Assembly: GCA_963735805.1 (NCBI GenBank) | Contig: CAVTMK010000004.1 | Coordinates: 416,001 to 480,000, forward strand | Source of the DNA: an uncultured Verrucomicrobiae bacterium | GTDB lineage: Bacteria; Verrucomicrobiota; Verrucomicrobiia; Chthoniobacterales; UBA10450 | DNA length: 64,000 nt | Direction of reading: 5' to 3' | Shown: positions 38,635 through 48,489 of the stretch, one piece after another | Layout of the letters: every line of letters starts with the position of its first letter | Position numbering within the stretch: position 1 is the stretch's first letter | Notes under the pieces: generated by a model | What the model was told of the DNA's origin: nothing | Databases searched by the model: none | Seen by the model: the letters and a program-made list of their open reading frames with translations, nothing else | Translations under genes and position numbers: made by a program

Positions 38635-40875
38635 TCATTCGCCTTGAGATGTGGGATCGAAATTCAGATCGAATCCAAATTTCGGGAAAGCCTTGAGCGT
38701 TATCGTGAAAAGAAGACCGTATTCCTTCACGCCGGAGTTATCGCGTATCACTCCCCCGAATGAGGCCACCCAAGAGGTGAGATCGCGGTAAATAGAATAG
38801 CGCTGTTCTTCGAGGAGGCCGGTCTCCGCTTCATATTGTTCCTGAACTCCAAAGCCCCAATTATCATTGAGACGATAATATCCGCCAACAACGAACAGAC
38901 TGCTGTCTTGGAAAAAGGGGTTACCGTTTAGATATCGATGCGCAACATTTAATTGCAGGCTAGCCAGCGGTTGAACGGTCGCGATCGTATCCACTTCCGT
39001 AAAGCCTTTGGCAAAAGCCGGCACTTGAGAGTTCACTGAGAGGGACATCCAAGGCAGCGGCGAAAAGCGGACATTGTTCACGAGGTTTGAATAATCAGTG
39101 GGCTGGTAGGGGTTCTCGAATTGCACATCAACGAAGGAGTCGACTTCCAGCCAGGTCATTGTCCTGTCGTCGCGCCGCGTTTCCAGACGATTGCGAACGC
39201 CAACCCGCCACACCGTCCAATCATCGATGGAGTCGATGCTGGTGAACTGTGGAAAGTCAAGCGCACGCGGCTGTGTCGAAGGCAAAAACCGGTCGAACCC
39301 CAAAACTGCCGTTGGATTAGGCCCATCCTCTTTCACGTAAGAAAAGTCCGTGAACGGTTGAATGACGTGCATGAGTCCGTCCAGCCCGAGGGTCCGGCTC
39401 TGAACACCCTCCCATGTACGCGAGATCTTGAATGAAGCCTCGGCACCTGTGTCGAAAACCGAGCGAAATGTATCTCCATCAAACTTCACTGGATTAGCCA
39501 GCGTGGGAGGCGGAAGAATAAAGTTAGGCTCGAGCGGGTTTGATGGTGGTACGAAGATTGTCGATCCCAAATCCCATGTCTTGCCATAATAAGTGCCGCG
39601 GTAGCCAACCCGCGGCACAATCGAGAGCCACCCAAAGTATGTATTTGGATAAGTCAGTTGATGGAATGTGTCGAAACGATACGTACCATAATCCTCGAAG
39701 CCCGAACCCTCCGGGAACTGTAGCCGCAAATTAGCAAAGCCGGTTTCGCCTTCATAAAAAATGGGTCCTCCAAAAAGGCCGTGGCGTTTAATGTCCAATA
39801 CGACTTCAGGCGAACGTTCTGTCGTGGTGAAAAATTGATTTGCCTGAAAACGCTCGATGCCGGTCAGGGTATAAAAAGAATCTGTTTTCGCCACCGCGAT
39901 AACATTGTCCGGGACAGGGTCGATGCGAAACTCACCCTCGAAGAAGTCCTGCATCACGTATTGGTCACTCAGCTTGGTCAGATTGGCGATGCCGTAAATG
40001 TCATCCGTAAAATTCGTCCGATCTTCCAGGCTGAGTCGGTATCGCCCGGTCGGAACATCCTGTCGCTGCACAGCCGTTTGATTCAGGTTCGGGTTTTGAT
40101 CCTGAATGTAAAAAGTTTTTATCTTCGCTGTACTGCTTTGGTCTTTCCCATAATCAATAACAGGCTCAAAGCCGATGGCTGGACCACGGCGACCATAGTA
40201 ATTAAGCCGGAGGCGCGCCTCGATGTTTTCCGTGATTGGGAATGTCACCTGAGTGAGAAGCGATGGTCCCCAGGCACTGTAGTATGCTGGTGAAATCGTA
40301 AAACTAAAAGACCGGTCGAGCGATTGATACAGGTAAGGCCACCAAAAGACCGGCACCTTTCCAACATATGCGGTCACGTTCATAAAAATCACACGATCGC
40401 CTTCGTAAACGCGAATCTTTCGGGCGTGGAGATGGAAGTCCGCGTTCGGTGAATCATGCGTTGTAAAGGTGCCTTCCTGTATCACATAACCTTCGTCAGA
40501 AATTGAGGTTACGTTTTTGCCAGTCAAAAAGTATGGCTGATCCACCGTTCGTGCATTTGTAGACCGAAGTTTCTTTGTCTCGGTATTGTAAACGCCGCTT
40601 TCGGCGAGATAGAGACTGGTGTCCCGATAAATCCGTACATGACCTCTCAAGTCCACGTCGTGCGTGGTGGGATTGTATTGTGCGTAATCGGCGTAAATAT
40701 CTGTGTTGCCAATGTGAATCGCGACGTTATCCCGCGCCGTGGCCAGCCCGTTTTCATATGTCGTTTCCCCTGTAGAAGTAATTTCAATCGGGGCGTTTTC
40801 TGGGGTCTTGATCTCTCCCTCGATCAAAGCGGCACTCGCCAAAAAGGTGGCGATCAACAAAACCAGCGTTCGCAT
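38635..40875 (-). CDS. lptD: LPS-assembly protein LptD
   Basis: Signal peptide, OstA-like beta-jellyroll (IYAD..YN, GTFTTHD, VPVFWWPY), long C-terminal beta-barrel. Confidence 0.82.
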   Translation of the reverse strand: MRTLVLLIATFLASAALIEGEIKTPENAPIEITSTGETTYENGLATARDNVAIHIGNTDIYADYAQYNPTTHDVDLRGHVRIYRDTSLYLAESGVYNTETKKLRSTNARTVDQPYFLTGKNVTSISDEGYVIQEGTFTTHDSPNADFHLHARKIRVYEGDRVIFMNVTAYVGKVPVFWWPYLYQSLDRSFSFTISPAYYSAWGPSLLTQVTFPITENIEARLRLNYYGRRGPAIGFEPVIDYGKDQSSTAKIKTFYIQDQNPNLNQTAVQRQDVPTGRYRLSLEDRTNFTDDIYGIANLTKLSDQYVMQDFFEGEFRIDPVPDNVIAVAKTDSFYTLTGIERFQANQFFTTTERSPEVVLDIKRHGLFGGPIFYEGETGFANLRLQFPEGSGFEDYGTYRFDTFHQLTYPNTYFGWLSIVPRVGYRGTYYGKTWDLGSTIFVPPSNPLEPNFILPPPTLANPVKFDGDTFRSVFDTGAEASFKISRTWEGVQSRTLGLDGLMHVIQPFTDFSYVKEDGPNPTAVLGFDRFLPSTQPRALDFPQFTSIDSIDDWTVWRVGVRNRLETRRDDRTMTWLEVDSFVDVQFENPYQPTDYSNLVNNVRFSPLPWMSLSVNSQVPAFAKGFTEVDTIATVQPLASLQLNVAHRYLNGNPFFQDSSLFVVGGYYRLNDNWGFGVQEQYEAETGLLEEQRYSIYRDLTSWVASFGGVIRDNSGVKEYGLLFTITLKAFPKFGFDLNFDPTSQGE

Positions 40876-41028
40876 GGCGCACGCCGAACGTACTGCGCCC
40901 GAGGCTGCCTGCAAAGCCAAAAGCACTCTGCATGCTCAGGGCACATACTATGTATGAGCCGGTTTAAGAAAATCATCCGCGCGTTCTGTCTTGATTTACC
41001 TATCAGTTAACGGTTTTCTTCATCCGAC

Positions 41029-42216
41029 GTGAGCAAGTCAATTGACCAAATCTTCGTTAGTGCAAAGCAGTGGCTGCTGTCATGGCTGACGGGTGCGCCC
41101 GGCTGGCTCACTCAAATCGCGTCTAGTTTGCTCAGTATTTGCGCGTTGCTGGCCGTATTCCTGACGCTGTTCGCGCTGATGTCAGTGCTGGAGCGGAAGA
41201 TCCTCGGCCGGATCCAAAATCGTTATGGACCGAACCGCGTTGGGCCATTTGGGCTTTTGCAGCCAGTGGCCGACGGCATCAAGATGTTGATAAAGGAAGA
41301 CATCGTTCCGGCGCGCGCGGACAAGCTGGTCCACTTCCTGGCGCCAATTCTCATCGCTGCTGCGGCCATTCTTGCCCTTGGAGTGATCCCTTATGGCAGG
41401 AACATGACGCCGTTCACAATCGACGCCGGCATCCTTTTTTTCTTTGCCATTGGATCGACAACGGAGCTTGCAGTTTTCATGGCCGGCTGGGGAAGCAATA
41501 ACAAGTTCTCTATGCTTGGTGCAATGCGGGCGATCGCGCAAATGATCAGCTACGAACTGCCCCTCATTATCACTGTGCTTCCGGTCGTGATGGTAGTCGG
41601 TTCGCTTACACCCGATAGAATTGTTGCTGCGCAGGCTGGATACACATTGGGCGTCGTGCCGCGCTGGTTCGTCTTTACGCCATGGGGTGCAACTGCGTTC
41701 ATTTTGTTTTTTGTATCCGGTCTCGTGGAATCCAATCGCACTCCATTCGATGTCCCAGAGGGCGAGTCGGAAATTGTCGCCGGTCACATGACCGAATATT
41801 CCGGTTTCAAATACGCAACTTTTTTCATGGCGGAATATATTGGGATGTTCGCCATAACCGGACTCGCAGCGACTTTGTTTTTAGGTGGCTGGCATTCGCC
41901 GGTTCAGGTTCTGGAATTTATTCCGTCCTACGTTTGGTTTTTCGCGAAGCTGAGCACGCTGCTCTTCGTTTACATTTGGCTTCGCGGAACATTGCCGCGC
42001 ACCCGGATCGATCAAATCATGAATTTTGCCTGGAAATTCATGTTGCCGATGTCGTTTACCTGCGTCATCGCAGCGGCTGTCTGGCATTATGCGGGACGCG
42101 GTTTGCGGGGCTGGCTTTGGTCGTTTGCGGTAATCGCAATCGTTTACACCATCTTGTCAATGTTGCTCGACACACAAAGGAAGTTCGCGCCGCGCGTTTA
42201 CCGTTTCGCCGAATGA
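41029..42216 (+). CDS. nuoH: NADH-quinone oxidoreductase subunit H
   Basis: ERKILGRIQNRYGPNRVG, ADGIKMLIKE, AQMISYE, RTPFDVPEGESE, LPRTRIDQ. Confidence 0.95.
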   Translation: MSKSIDQIFVSAKQWLLSWLTGAPGWLTQIASSLLSICALLAVFLTLFALMSVLERKILGRIQNRYGPNRVGPFGLLQPVADGIKMLIKEDIVPARADKLVHFLAPILIAAAAILALGVIPYGRNMTPFTIDAGILFFFAIGSTTELAVFMAGWGSNNKFSMLGAMRAIAQMISYELPLIITVLPVVMVVGSLTPDRIVAAQAGYTLGVVPRWFVFTPWGATAFILFFVSGLVESNRTPFDVPEGESEIVAGHMTEYSGFKYATFFMAEYIGMFAITGLAATLFLGGWHSPVQVLEFIPSYVWFFAKLSTLLFVYIWLRGTLPRTRIDQIMNFAWKFMLPMSFTCVIAAAVWHYAGRGLRGWLWSFAVIAIVYTILSMLLDTQRKFAPRVYRFAE

Positions 42217-42695
42217 ATAGTGCCGCATTCGTCCTTATCGCGATCCTGACACTGGCCGCGGCGCTAGGCGCCGCCACGCTCCAAAAGCTCATGCACGCAA
42301 CGCTGAGTTTTGCCGTGGCGCTTGTCGGCGTCGCCGCGCTCTTCTTTCTGTTGGGCGCAGAATTTGTCGGCCTGGTACTCGTGTTTGTTTATGTCGGTGC
42401 GGTCGCGGTACTAATCGTATTTACGATTCTCCTAACGCGGCGTGACGTGGGAAAAGATCGCGGCGTTAACTGGGGTGGTGCGCTCCTGGCGATTGCGGTA
42501 TTCGTCGGTTTGCTGTGGGCAGTTCTTAAGACGCAATCGGTTGCCACTGTCGCCCCGCATATTCGAGCGCTTACGGTTAAGAGAATCGGCGAAACTTTGA
42601 TGACCGGTTATGTCTGGCCATTGCAATGTGTAGGGCTTCTTCTCACCGCAGCGTTGATCGGCGCACTGGTTCTTGTGATGGAGGAGAAGCGGTGA
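42213..42695 (+). CDS. nuoJ: NADH-quinone oxidoreductase subunit J
   Basis: ATG overlaps the nuoH stop (ATGA); LGAEFVG..VYVGAVAVL, LLTAALIGA. Confidence 0.9.
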   Translation: MNSAAFVLIAILTLAAALGAATLQKLMHATLSFAVALVGVAALFFLLGAEFVGLVLVFVYVGAVAVLIVFTILLTRRDVGKDRGVNWGGALLAIAVFVGLLWAVLKTQSVATVAPHIRALTVKRIGETLMTGYVWPLQCVGLLLTAALIGALVLVMEEKR

Positions 42696-43006
42696 CACCG
42701 ACGCTTCAAATCTTCCTCATCGTCTCTTCGGCGCTCTTTTCGGTGGGCCTGCTGGCTGTTTTGAGCCGTCGACACGCCATCTTTATTCTGATTGGGATCG
42801 AGATGATGCTTGCCGCGGCAAACCTCAATTTCATTGCGTTTTGGCGTTTCAGTCCGCAATCGCAGCCGCCGACGGGTGTGATGATCGCCATTTTCGCAAT
42901 CGCCATTGCCGCCGCTGAAGCCGCAGTCGGCCTTGCGCTGGTAATCGCGGTCTATCGGCACTATCACACAACAAACGTCGACCGTTTCGACCAGCTCAAA
43001 GGATGA
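42692..43006 (+). CDS. nuoK: NADH-quinone oxidoreductase subunit K
   Basis: GTGA overlap; GIEMML.AANLN, AAAEAAVGLAL, LKG end. Confidence 0.94.
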   Translation: MTPTLQIFLIVSSALFSVGLLAVLSRRHAIFILIGIEMMLAAANLNFIAFWRFSPQSQPPTGVMIAIFAIAIAAAEAAVGLALVIAVYRHYHTTNVDRFDQLKG

Positions 43007-45000
43007 GCCGCTGGATCATCCCTCATCTCTGGTTGATCCCCGCCGTCCCGTTCGCGGTTTCTTTGGCAATTTTGAGCTTGCCGAAGGCACGTCACAAAGG
43101 CGCAGCAGCGCTGGCGGTCGTTGGGCAGTTCGCCGCACTCGCTATGTCATTCTTCGCGTTCATTCCGACGCTCGATCCACCAGGATTCCGCTTCGTGCAG
43201 AATTTCACCTGGTTCACCTTCGGCGATCACGCGCTGCGTCTGGGGTGGCTTCTTGATCCGCTCACAGCCGTCATGCTGATGATGATCACGCTGGTCGGGT
43301 TATGCATCTTCGTCTTCAGCATCGGTTACATGGCAGGCGACAAGAATTTCGTCCGCTTTTTTGCGTATCTCTCGTTTTTTTCTGGCGCAATGCTGGGGCT
43401 CGTTATTTCGAACAGCTTGCTTCTTTTGTTTATCTGCTGGGAACTGGTTGGCCTGGCGTCTTATTTACTCATCGGATTTTGGATCGAGCGACCGAGCGCA
43501 GCTGCGGCGGCAAAAAAGGCATTCATCACTACTCGCATCGGCGACATGGGCTTTTTCCTTGGCTTGCTTTGGCTCTACGGCCGCAGCGGCACATTGCTCT
43601 TTTACGATGGCGGGAATGGTTGTCTTGAAAGCGCCGGTCTCGCCATGCTCGGCGTCAGTGTCACTTTTATCGCGTTGCTGATTTTCTGTGGTGCGGTAGG
43701 CAAGTCGGGACAGTTCCCGCTGCATGTCTGGTTGCCGGATGCGATGGAAGGTCCGACTCCCGTCAGCGCGCTAATCCATGCTGCAACGATGGTGGCTGCC
43801 GGCGTTTTTCTGGTGGCACGCGTTTACCCGGTCTTCTCGTTAGGTGCGATCAACGGCGTTACGCCTTCGCTTACGGTCGTCGTATGGATTGGAGTAACTA
43901 CGGCACTAATGGCCGCGCTCATCGCGATAGCGCAGACTGATATCAAACGTATCCTCGCGTATTCGACTGTTTCTCAACTCGGCTTGATGATGGTTTCGCT
44001 CGGCGTGGGCGGCGTCGCCGCCGGAATGATGCATCTCCTGGCACACGGTTTTTTCAAGGCGTTGTTGTTTCTCGGGGCTGGCTCAGTCATTCACGGGTGC
44101 CATGGCGAACAGGACATACGGAAAATGGGCGGTTTGCGCCGCCTTATGCCGGTCACGTTTTCGACTTATGCGATCGGCATGATGGCTCTCAGTGGCGTGC
44201 CGCTCTTCTTTTCCGGTGCTTGGACAAAGGAGGAAGTCCTGCATGTGACCGCGCATTGGCCGGTCTCGCGTTTACCATATTACTTTCTGCTGGCCGGCGT
44301 CGTCCTTACAGCGCTCTACATGACCCGGCAAATCATCTACGTTTTCTTCGGAGACCAGCGCGCCGCCTCTGAGGGGGCCCATGAAAGCCCGCCGGTCATG
44401 ACGATCCCGCTGATTGCACTCGCGACTTGTGCAATTTTGTTCAGCATTGTACTGACGCCAGCATGGCCTTGGCTGCACGACTATCTAACAGGCAGGTCTG
44501 CGCACGTCGAACTTGCGCGCCTGATTGAGCCGGCGCTTTTTCTTTCGCTCGCCCTTGTGGGAGCGGGCGTTGCGCTCGGCATCTGGATGTATCGCAGAGC
44601 TGGCATGCGAGACAGACAGCGTCCCGCTGACATCGATCCGGTTGAATTCGCGCAGCCCCAATTATTCCGATTCTTCGAAAATAAAATGTGGATCGATGAA
44701 CTTTATGCTCGCACAGTCATCGCGTTCAGTTGGACCAGCGCGAGTCTGGCCGACTGGATGGACCGCCATTTCTGGGATCGCCTGGTACGCGGAGTCGGTG
44801 CGATCGGTCAAGTTTTCGGAATGTTTACCACCAGCGTAGATGAGCGCGGAATCAATGCTGGCGTCGATGAGACGACCGTGGGCACCCGCGGCCTGGGTCG
44901 CCTGATGTCGACTGCGCACTCCGGACAAATCCAAACATATCTCGGTGCCATAGCGATCGGTGTGTTGGCACTATTGCTTTTCTACGCATGGTTGGCTTGA
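43003..45000 (+). CDS. nuoL: NADH-quinone oxidoreductase subunit L (extended lateral helix)
   Basis: WELVGLASY, RIGD, GKSGQFPLHVWLPDAMEGPTPVSALIHAATMV, HGFFKALLFL. Confidence 0.96.
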   Translation: MSRWIIPHLWLIPAVPFAVSLAILSLPKARHKGAAALAVVGQFAALAMSFFAFIPTLDPPGFRFVQNFTWFTFGDHALRLGWLLDPLTAVMLMMITLVGLCIFVFSIGYMAGDKNFVRFFAYLSFFSGAMLGLVISNSLLLLFICWELVGLASYLLIGFWIERPSAAAAAKKAFITTRIGDMGFFLGLLWLYGRSGTLLFYDGGNGCLESAGLAMLGVSVTFIALLIFCGAVGKSGQFPLHVWLPDAMEGPTPVSALIHAATMVAAGVFLVARVYPVFSLGAINGVTPSLTVVVWIGVTTALMAALIAIAQTDIKRILAYSTVSQLGLMMVSLGVGGVAAGMMHLLAHGFFKALLFLGAGSVIHGCHGEQDIRKMGGLRRLMPVTFSTYAIGMMALSGVPLFFSGAWTKEEVLHVTAHWPVSRLPYYFLLAGVVLTALYMTRQIIYVFFGDQRAASEGAHESPPVMTIPLIALATCAILFSIVLTPAWPWLHDYLTGRSAHVELARLIEPALFLSLALVGAGVALGIWMYRRAGMRDRQRPADIDPVEFAQPQLFRFFENKMWIDELYARTVIAFSWTSASLADWMDRHFWDRLVRGVGAIGQVFGMFTTSVDERGINAGVDETTVGTRGLGRLMSTAHSGQIQTYLGAIAIGVLALLLFYAWLA

Positions 45001-46460
45001 TCAGTGCGCTCATCCTGATTCCGTTGGTGGGTGCGCTTACGCTCTTTGCGGCCCCGGGGAGAAGCGCGCGTCCAATCGCGCTGTTGTTTAACGCGCTGGC
45101 TGCGTCTGACGCGTTGCTGTCGTGGCACTCCTTCGATATTCGCGCGGCCGGCGTTCAATTGGTCGAACGCCACGCATGGATTCCCGCAATCGGCGCCGAG
45201 TATCTCGTCGGAATCGACGGTTTAAGCCTGCTGCTGGTGTTACTTACCTCGCTGATTATTCCCTTTGCGTTGCTCGCGGAGAGGATGGACCGCGGTTTTT
45301 GCGCGCTGATGCTAATCATGCAATCAGCGCTTTACGGCACGTTCACGGCTCAGAACTTTATTCTCTGGTTCTTGTTCTACGAAATGAGCCTGATTCCCGC
45401 GTTCCTGCTCATCAAAATCTGGGGAGGAAAAAATCGCGACCGCGCTGCGACGAAGTTTTTTCTCTACACGTTTCTCGGAAGCGTGGCGATGCTGCTCGGA
45501 TTCCTCGGAATCTATCTGGCCAGGGGTTCGTTCGATTTCGCCACGCTCGCCAGTCAGGGTAAAAACGGATTGCTTACTGGTAAAGTCGCCTGGGTTGCTT
45601 TTGCGGGAATCTTCCTTGGGCTTGCGGTTAAAGTGCCACTGTTCCCATTTCACACCTGGCTACCCGACGCATATGAAAACGCGCCGACCGGTGTCGCAAT
45701 GGTACTAACGGGCGCGCTTTCGAAAATGGGCGTTTACGGTTTCGTGCGCCTGCTGCTTCCACTTTTTCCAAACGAAATCAGAATTATTGGGCCATGGCTG
45801 GTGGCGCTTGCGATCTGTTCGGTTGTTTTCGCTCCGCTGGCAGCGTTGGCCCAGTCCGACTTGAAACGAATGGTCGCATACCTATCGGTCAACCATCTTG
45901 GCTACTGCATGCTTGGCTTGTTCGCGGTAGCTACCTCATCCGTTGGTGCCGCGATCGACACGCAGTCGGCGTTGAGCGGTGTGTTTATGCAGATCTTCAA
46001 TCACGGAATCACTGCGGCTGCATTGTTTTATTTGGTCGGGCTGCTCGAGCAACGCCGTGGCCAGCGCGGCATCGATGACTTCGGAGGATTGATGCAGCGG
46101 ACACCAATTCTTTGTGGCTGGATGAGCGTCGCCATGTTTTCGTCACTGGGTTTGCCTGGGCTAAACGGTTTCATTGGCGAGTTCCTGATTTTTAAAGGTT
46201 CATTTTCCATCACGGCACCGTTTACGGCCATTGCGGTGATTGGCTTGCTTGTTACAGCGATCGTTTTCGTGCGCGCTATGCAGGCCCTCTTCAGCGGACC
46301 GCTGGCGGAAAGCTGCGCCGCTTTCCCGGATCTGTTGCTCAGGGAAAAGATTGCCATCATTCCTGTGACATTGCTCATGTTTGCCATCGGCCTCACACCG
46401 CAATTCATGTTCAACATTTTCAACACGACCGTGACTCATATGGCGCGGCTGTTTGGTTGA
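44988..46460 (+). CDS. nuoM: NADH-quinone oxidoreductase subunit M, copy 1
   Basis: GIDGLS, FYEMSLIP, AVKVPLFPFHTWLPD, LSKMGVYG, GLPGLNGFIGE. Confidence 0.94.
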   Translation: MVGLISALILIPLVGALTLFAAPGRSARPIALLFNALAASDALLSWHSFDIRAAGVQLVERHAWIPAIGAEYLVGIDGLSLLLVLLTSLIIPFALLAERMDRGFCALMLIMQSALYGTFTAQNFILWFLFYEMSLIPAFLLIKIWGGKNRDRAATKFFLYTFLGSVAMLLGFLGIYLARGSFDFATLASQGKNGLLTGKVAWVAFAGIFLGLAVKVPLFPFHTWLPDAYENAPTGVAMVLTGALSKMGVYGFVRLLLPLFPNEIRIIGPWLVALAICSVVFAPLAALAQSDLKRMVAYLSVNHLGYCMLGLFAVATSSVGAAIDTQSALSGVFMQIFNHGITAAALFYLVGLLEQRRGQRGIDDFGGLMQRTPILCGWMSVAMFSSLGLPGLNGFIGEFLIFKGSFSITAPFTAIAVIGLLVTAIVFVRAMQALFSGPLAESCAAFPDLLLREKIAIIPVTLLMFAIGLTPQFMFNIFNTTVTHMARLFG

Positions 46461-46472
46461 GATTCATCGCGA

Positions 46473-47012
46473 ATGAGCAAGGAGATCATTCCCGCTGAGC
46501 GCGTGGTGGAATCGATTCGCTGGATTCGCGGCCAGAAAGTGCTGCTCGATTCTGATCTCGCGACCTTGTATGGCGTGACGACTGGGAACCTGAATAAGGC
46601 TGTAAAGCGCAACGCTGAACGATTTCCATCCGATTTCATGTTTCAGCTTAAGCCTGAAGAACTTGCAAAGTTGAAACTCCAATTCGGAATATCAAGTTGG
46701 GGCGGGCGTCGGCGGTCACGTCCTTATGTTTTCACAGAGCAAGGCGTTGCGATGCTCTCCAGCGTATTGAGGAGCCAGCGCGCTGTGAAGGTGAATATCG
46801 CGATCATGCGCGCGTTCGTGAAACTTCGTCAGGTGCTCGACACAAATCGTGAACTCGCACAGAAATTTTCAGAACTCGAAAGGCGCGTTGGAAAACATGA
46901 TGAGGAAATCGTTGGAATTCTTGAGGCCATCCGGCAATTGATGGCACCCCCGGAAAAAACGCGTCGGGAAATTGGATTTCATGTGCGGGAGAGGCAGCCG
47001 CACTATCGGTGA
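46473..47012 (+). CDS. ORF6N (KilA-N-like) DNA-binding domain protein
   Basis: IRGQKVLLDSDLATLYGV, AVKRNAERFP.DFMFQL, PYVFTEQGVAMLSSVLRS, REIGF. Confidence 0.92.
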   Translation: MSKEIIPAERVVESIRWIRGQKVLLDSDLATLYGVTTGNLNKAVKRNAERFPSDFMFQLKPEELAKLKLQFGISSWGGRRRSRPYVFTEQGVAMLSSVLRSQRAVKVNIAIMRAFVKLRQVLDTNRELAQKFSELERRVGKHDEEIVGILEAIRQLMAPPEKTRREIGFHVRERQPHYR

Positions 47013-47022
47013 CCAAACCCGC

Positions 47023-48489
47023 ATGATTGCCTGGACCATTTACCTTACATTCGGGGGCGCAGTGCTGCTGCTCTTATTCCCTGGAGCGTTTGCGCGCTGG
47101 ATTGCGCTGTTTACGACTCTCGCGGGTTTGGTCCTGGACGTTATTACGTTTGTTCGTACACCAATTGCGGATCTTGCTCATTTCATGACGATCGTAAGTG
47201 TGCCCTGGGTGCCAGCCCTTGGGATGAATTACCATCTCGCTTTTGATGGCGTCAGTCTTACGATGGTTCTTGTCACAGGCATCTCCGCAGTAAGCACTGT
47301 GTTGTTTTCATGGGATGTCGATGATCGTCAGCGCGAATTCTTCTTCTGGTTGCTACTCGTTGTCGGAGGTTGCTACGGAGTTTTCCTTAGCGCCGACTTG
47401 TTTCTGCTGTTTGCATTCTACGAACTGGTGATTGTGCCGAAGTATTTTCTCATTGCCATCTTCGGATCGACCAACAGGGAGTATGGCGCAATGAAGCTGA
47501 CGCTCTACTCGTTCTTCGGGGGGATGTTCGTTTTCGCCGGAATCCTTGTCGCTTATGTGACCGCCGGCTCACTGGATCTCATTCAACTGGCGCGATTCCA
47601 CTTTAGTCCGGAACTTCAATCTTGGGCATTTCCTGTGTTGTTCCTTGGGTTCGCTGTGCTTGCCGGCATGTGGCCATTGCATACCTGGGCGCCAACCGGC
47701 CATGTCGCTGCACCTACTGCCGGGTCGATGTTGCTGGCCGGCATCGTGATGAAACTTGGTGCTTATGCAGGCCTGCGCGTTGCGATGAATCTGTTCCCGG
47801 AGGGATTCCATGCATGGAGTAAATGGCTCGCCGTCCTTGCCGTGGTCGGAATTGTTTACGCGGCCGCAGTAGCATTGCGTCAGCATGATCTGAAATTTGT
47901 CATTGGTTATTCGAGCGTCAGCCACATGGGTTTCGTGCTGCTAGGTCTGGCCACGGCAAACGCGCTCGGTGTTTCCGGAGCCGTCCTGCAAATGTTTTCG
48001 CACGGGGTGATTGCGGCGCTGTTGTTCGCTGTTGCCGGACGGATGCTCTATCGGCGCACTCACACGCGCGAGCTCGACGCTCTCTCGGAAATGAATTTGA
48101 GCCATGCGCTACCCTTCGCCGCGGTCACTTTCGTGATTGCATCCGCTGCGTCGATGGGCATCCCCGGCTTCAGCGGGTTCGCAGCGGAAATCACGATTCT
48201 GATTGGCGCGTGGAAAACCTATCCGATCGCGGTTTGGATCACCGGCGCCGGTATGGTTCTTGTAGCGGCCTTCACCTTGCGCGCGCTCATAAAATCCTTT
48301 TTTGGTGACGTACGCGTGCAGACGGGTCGTGGTCCTACGGATGCGGATTGGAATGAGCAATCGATCACGCTTGCTGAGAAGTGTGGGGCTTGTTTGCTCA
48401 TGTTCGCCACGCTTGCAGTCGGACTTTATCCGAAGGTTCTACTCGATCGCATCATCCCGGCAGTGGAAGCGATGAGGTTTCTAAAATGA
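47023..48489 (+). CDS. nuoM: NADH-quinone oxidoreductase subunit M, copy 2 (divergent)
   Basis: AFDGVS, FYELVIVPKY, PLHTWAP.GH..APT, VMKLGAY, YSSVSHMG, GIPGFSGFAAE. Confidence 0.92.
   Translation: MIAWTIYLTFGGAVLLLLFPGAFARWIALFTTLAGLVLDVITFVRTPIADLAHFMTIVSVPWVPALGMNYHLAFDGVSLTMVLVTGISAVSTVLFSWDVDDRQREFFFWLLLVVGGCYGVFLSADLFLLFAFYELVIVPKYFLIAIFGSTNREYGAMKLTLYSFFGGMFVFAGILVAYVTAGSLDLIQLARFHFSPELQSWAFPVLFLGFAVLAGMWPLHTWAPTGHVAAPTAGSMLLAGIVMKLGAYAGLRVAMNLFPEGFHAWSKWLAVLAVVGIVYAAAVALRQHDLKFVIGYSSVSHMGFVLLGLATANALGVSGAVLQMFSHGVIAALLFAVAGRMLYRRTHTRELDALSEMNLSHALPFAAVTFVIASAASMGIPGFSGFAAEITILIGAWKTYPIAVWITGAGMVLVAAFTLRALIKSFFGDVRVQTGRGPTDADWNEQSITLAEKCGACLLMFATLAVGLYPKVLLDRIIPAVEAMRFLK

Noticed and set aside
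41682..42212. Long N-terminal extension of the nuoJ ORF in the track
   Set aside because: Out-of-frame overlap with nuoH; the real start is ATG 42213 in the ATGA overlap.
46473..47012. Prophage signalled by ORF6N
   Set aside because: No integrase, structural or replication genes nearby; the flanks are intact nuo genes.
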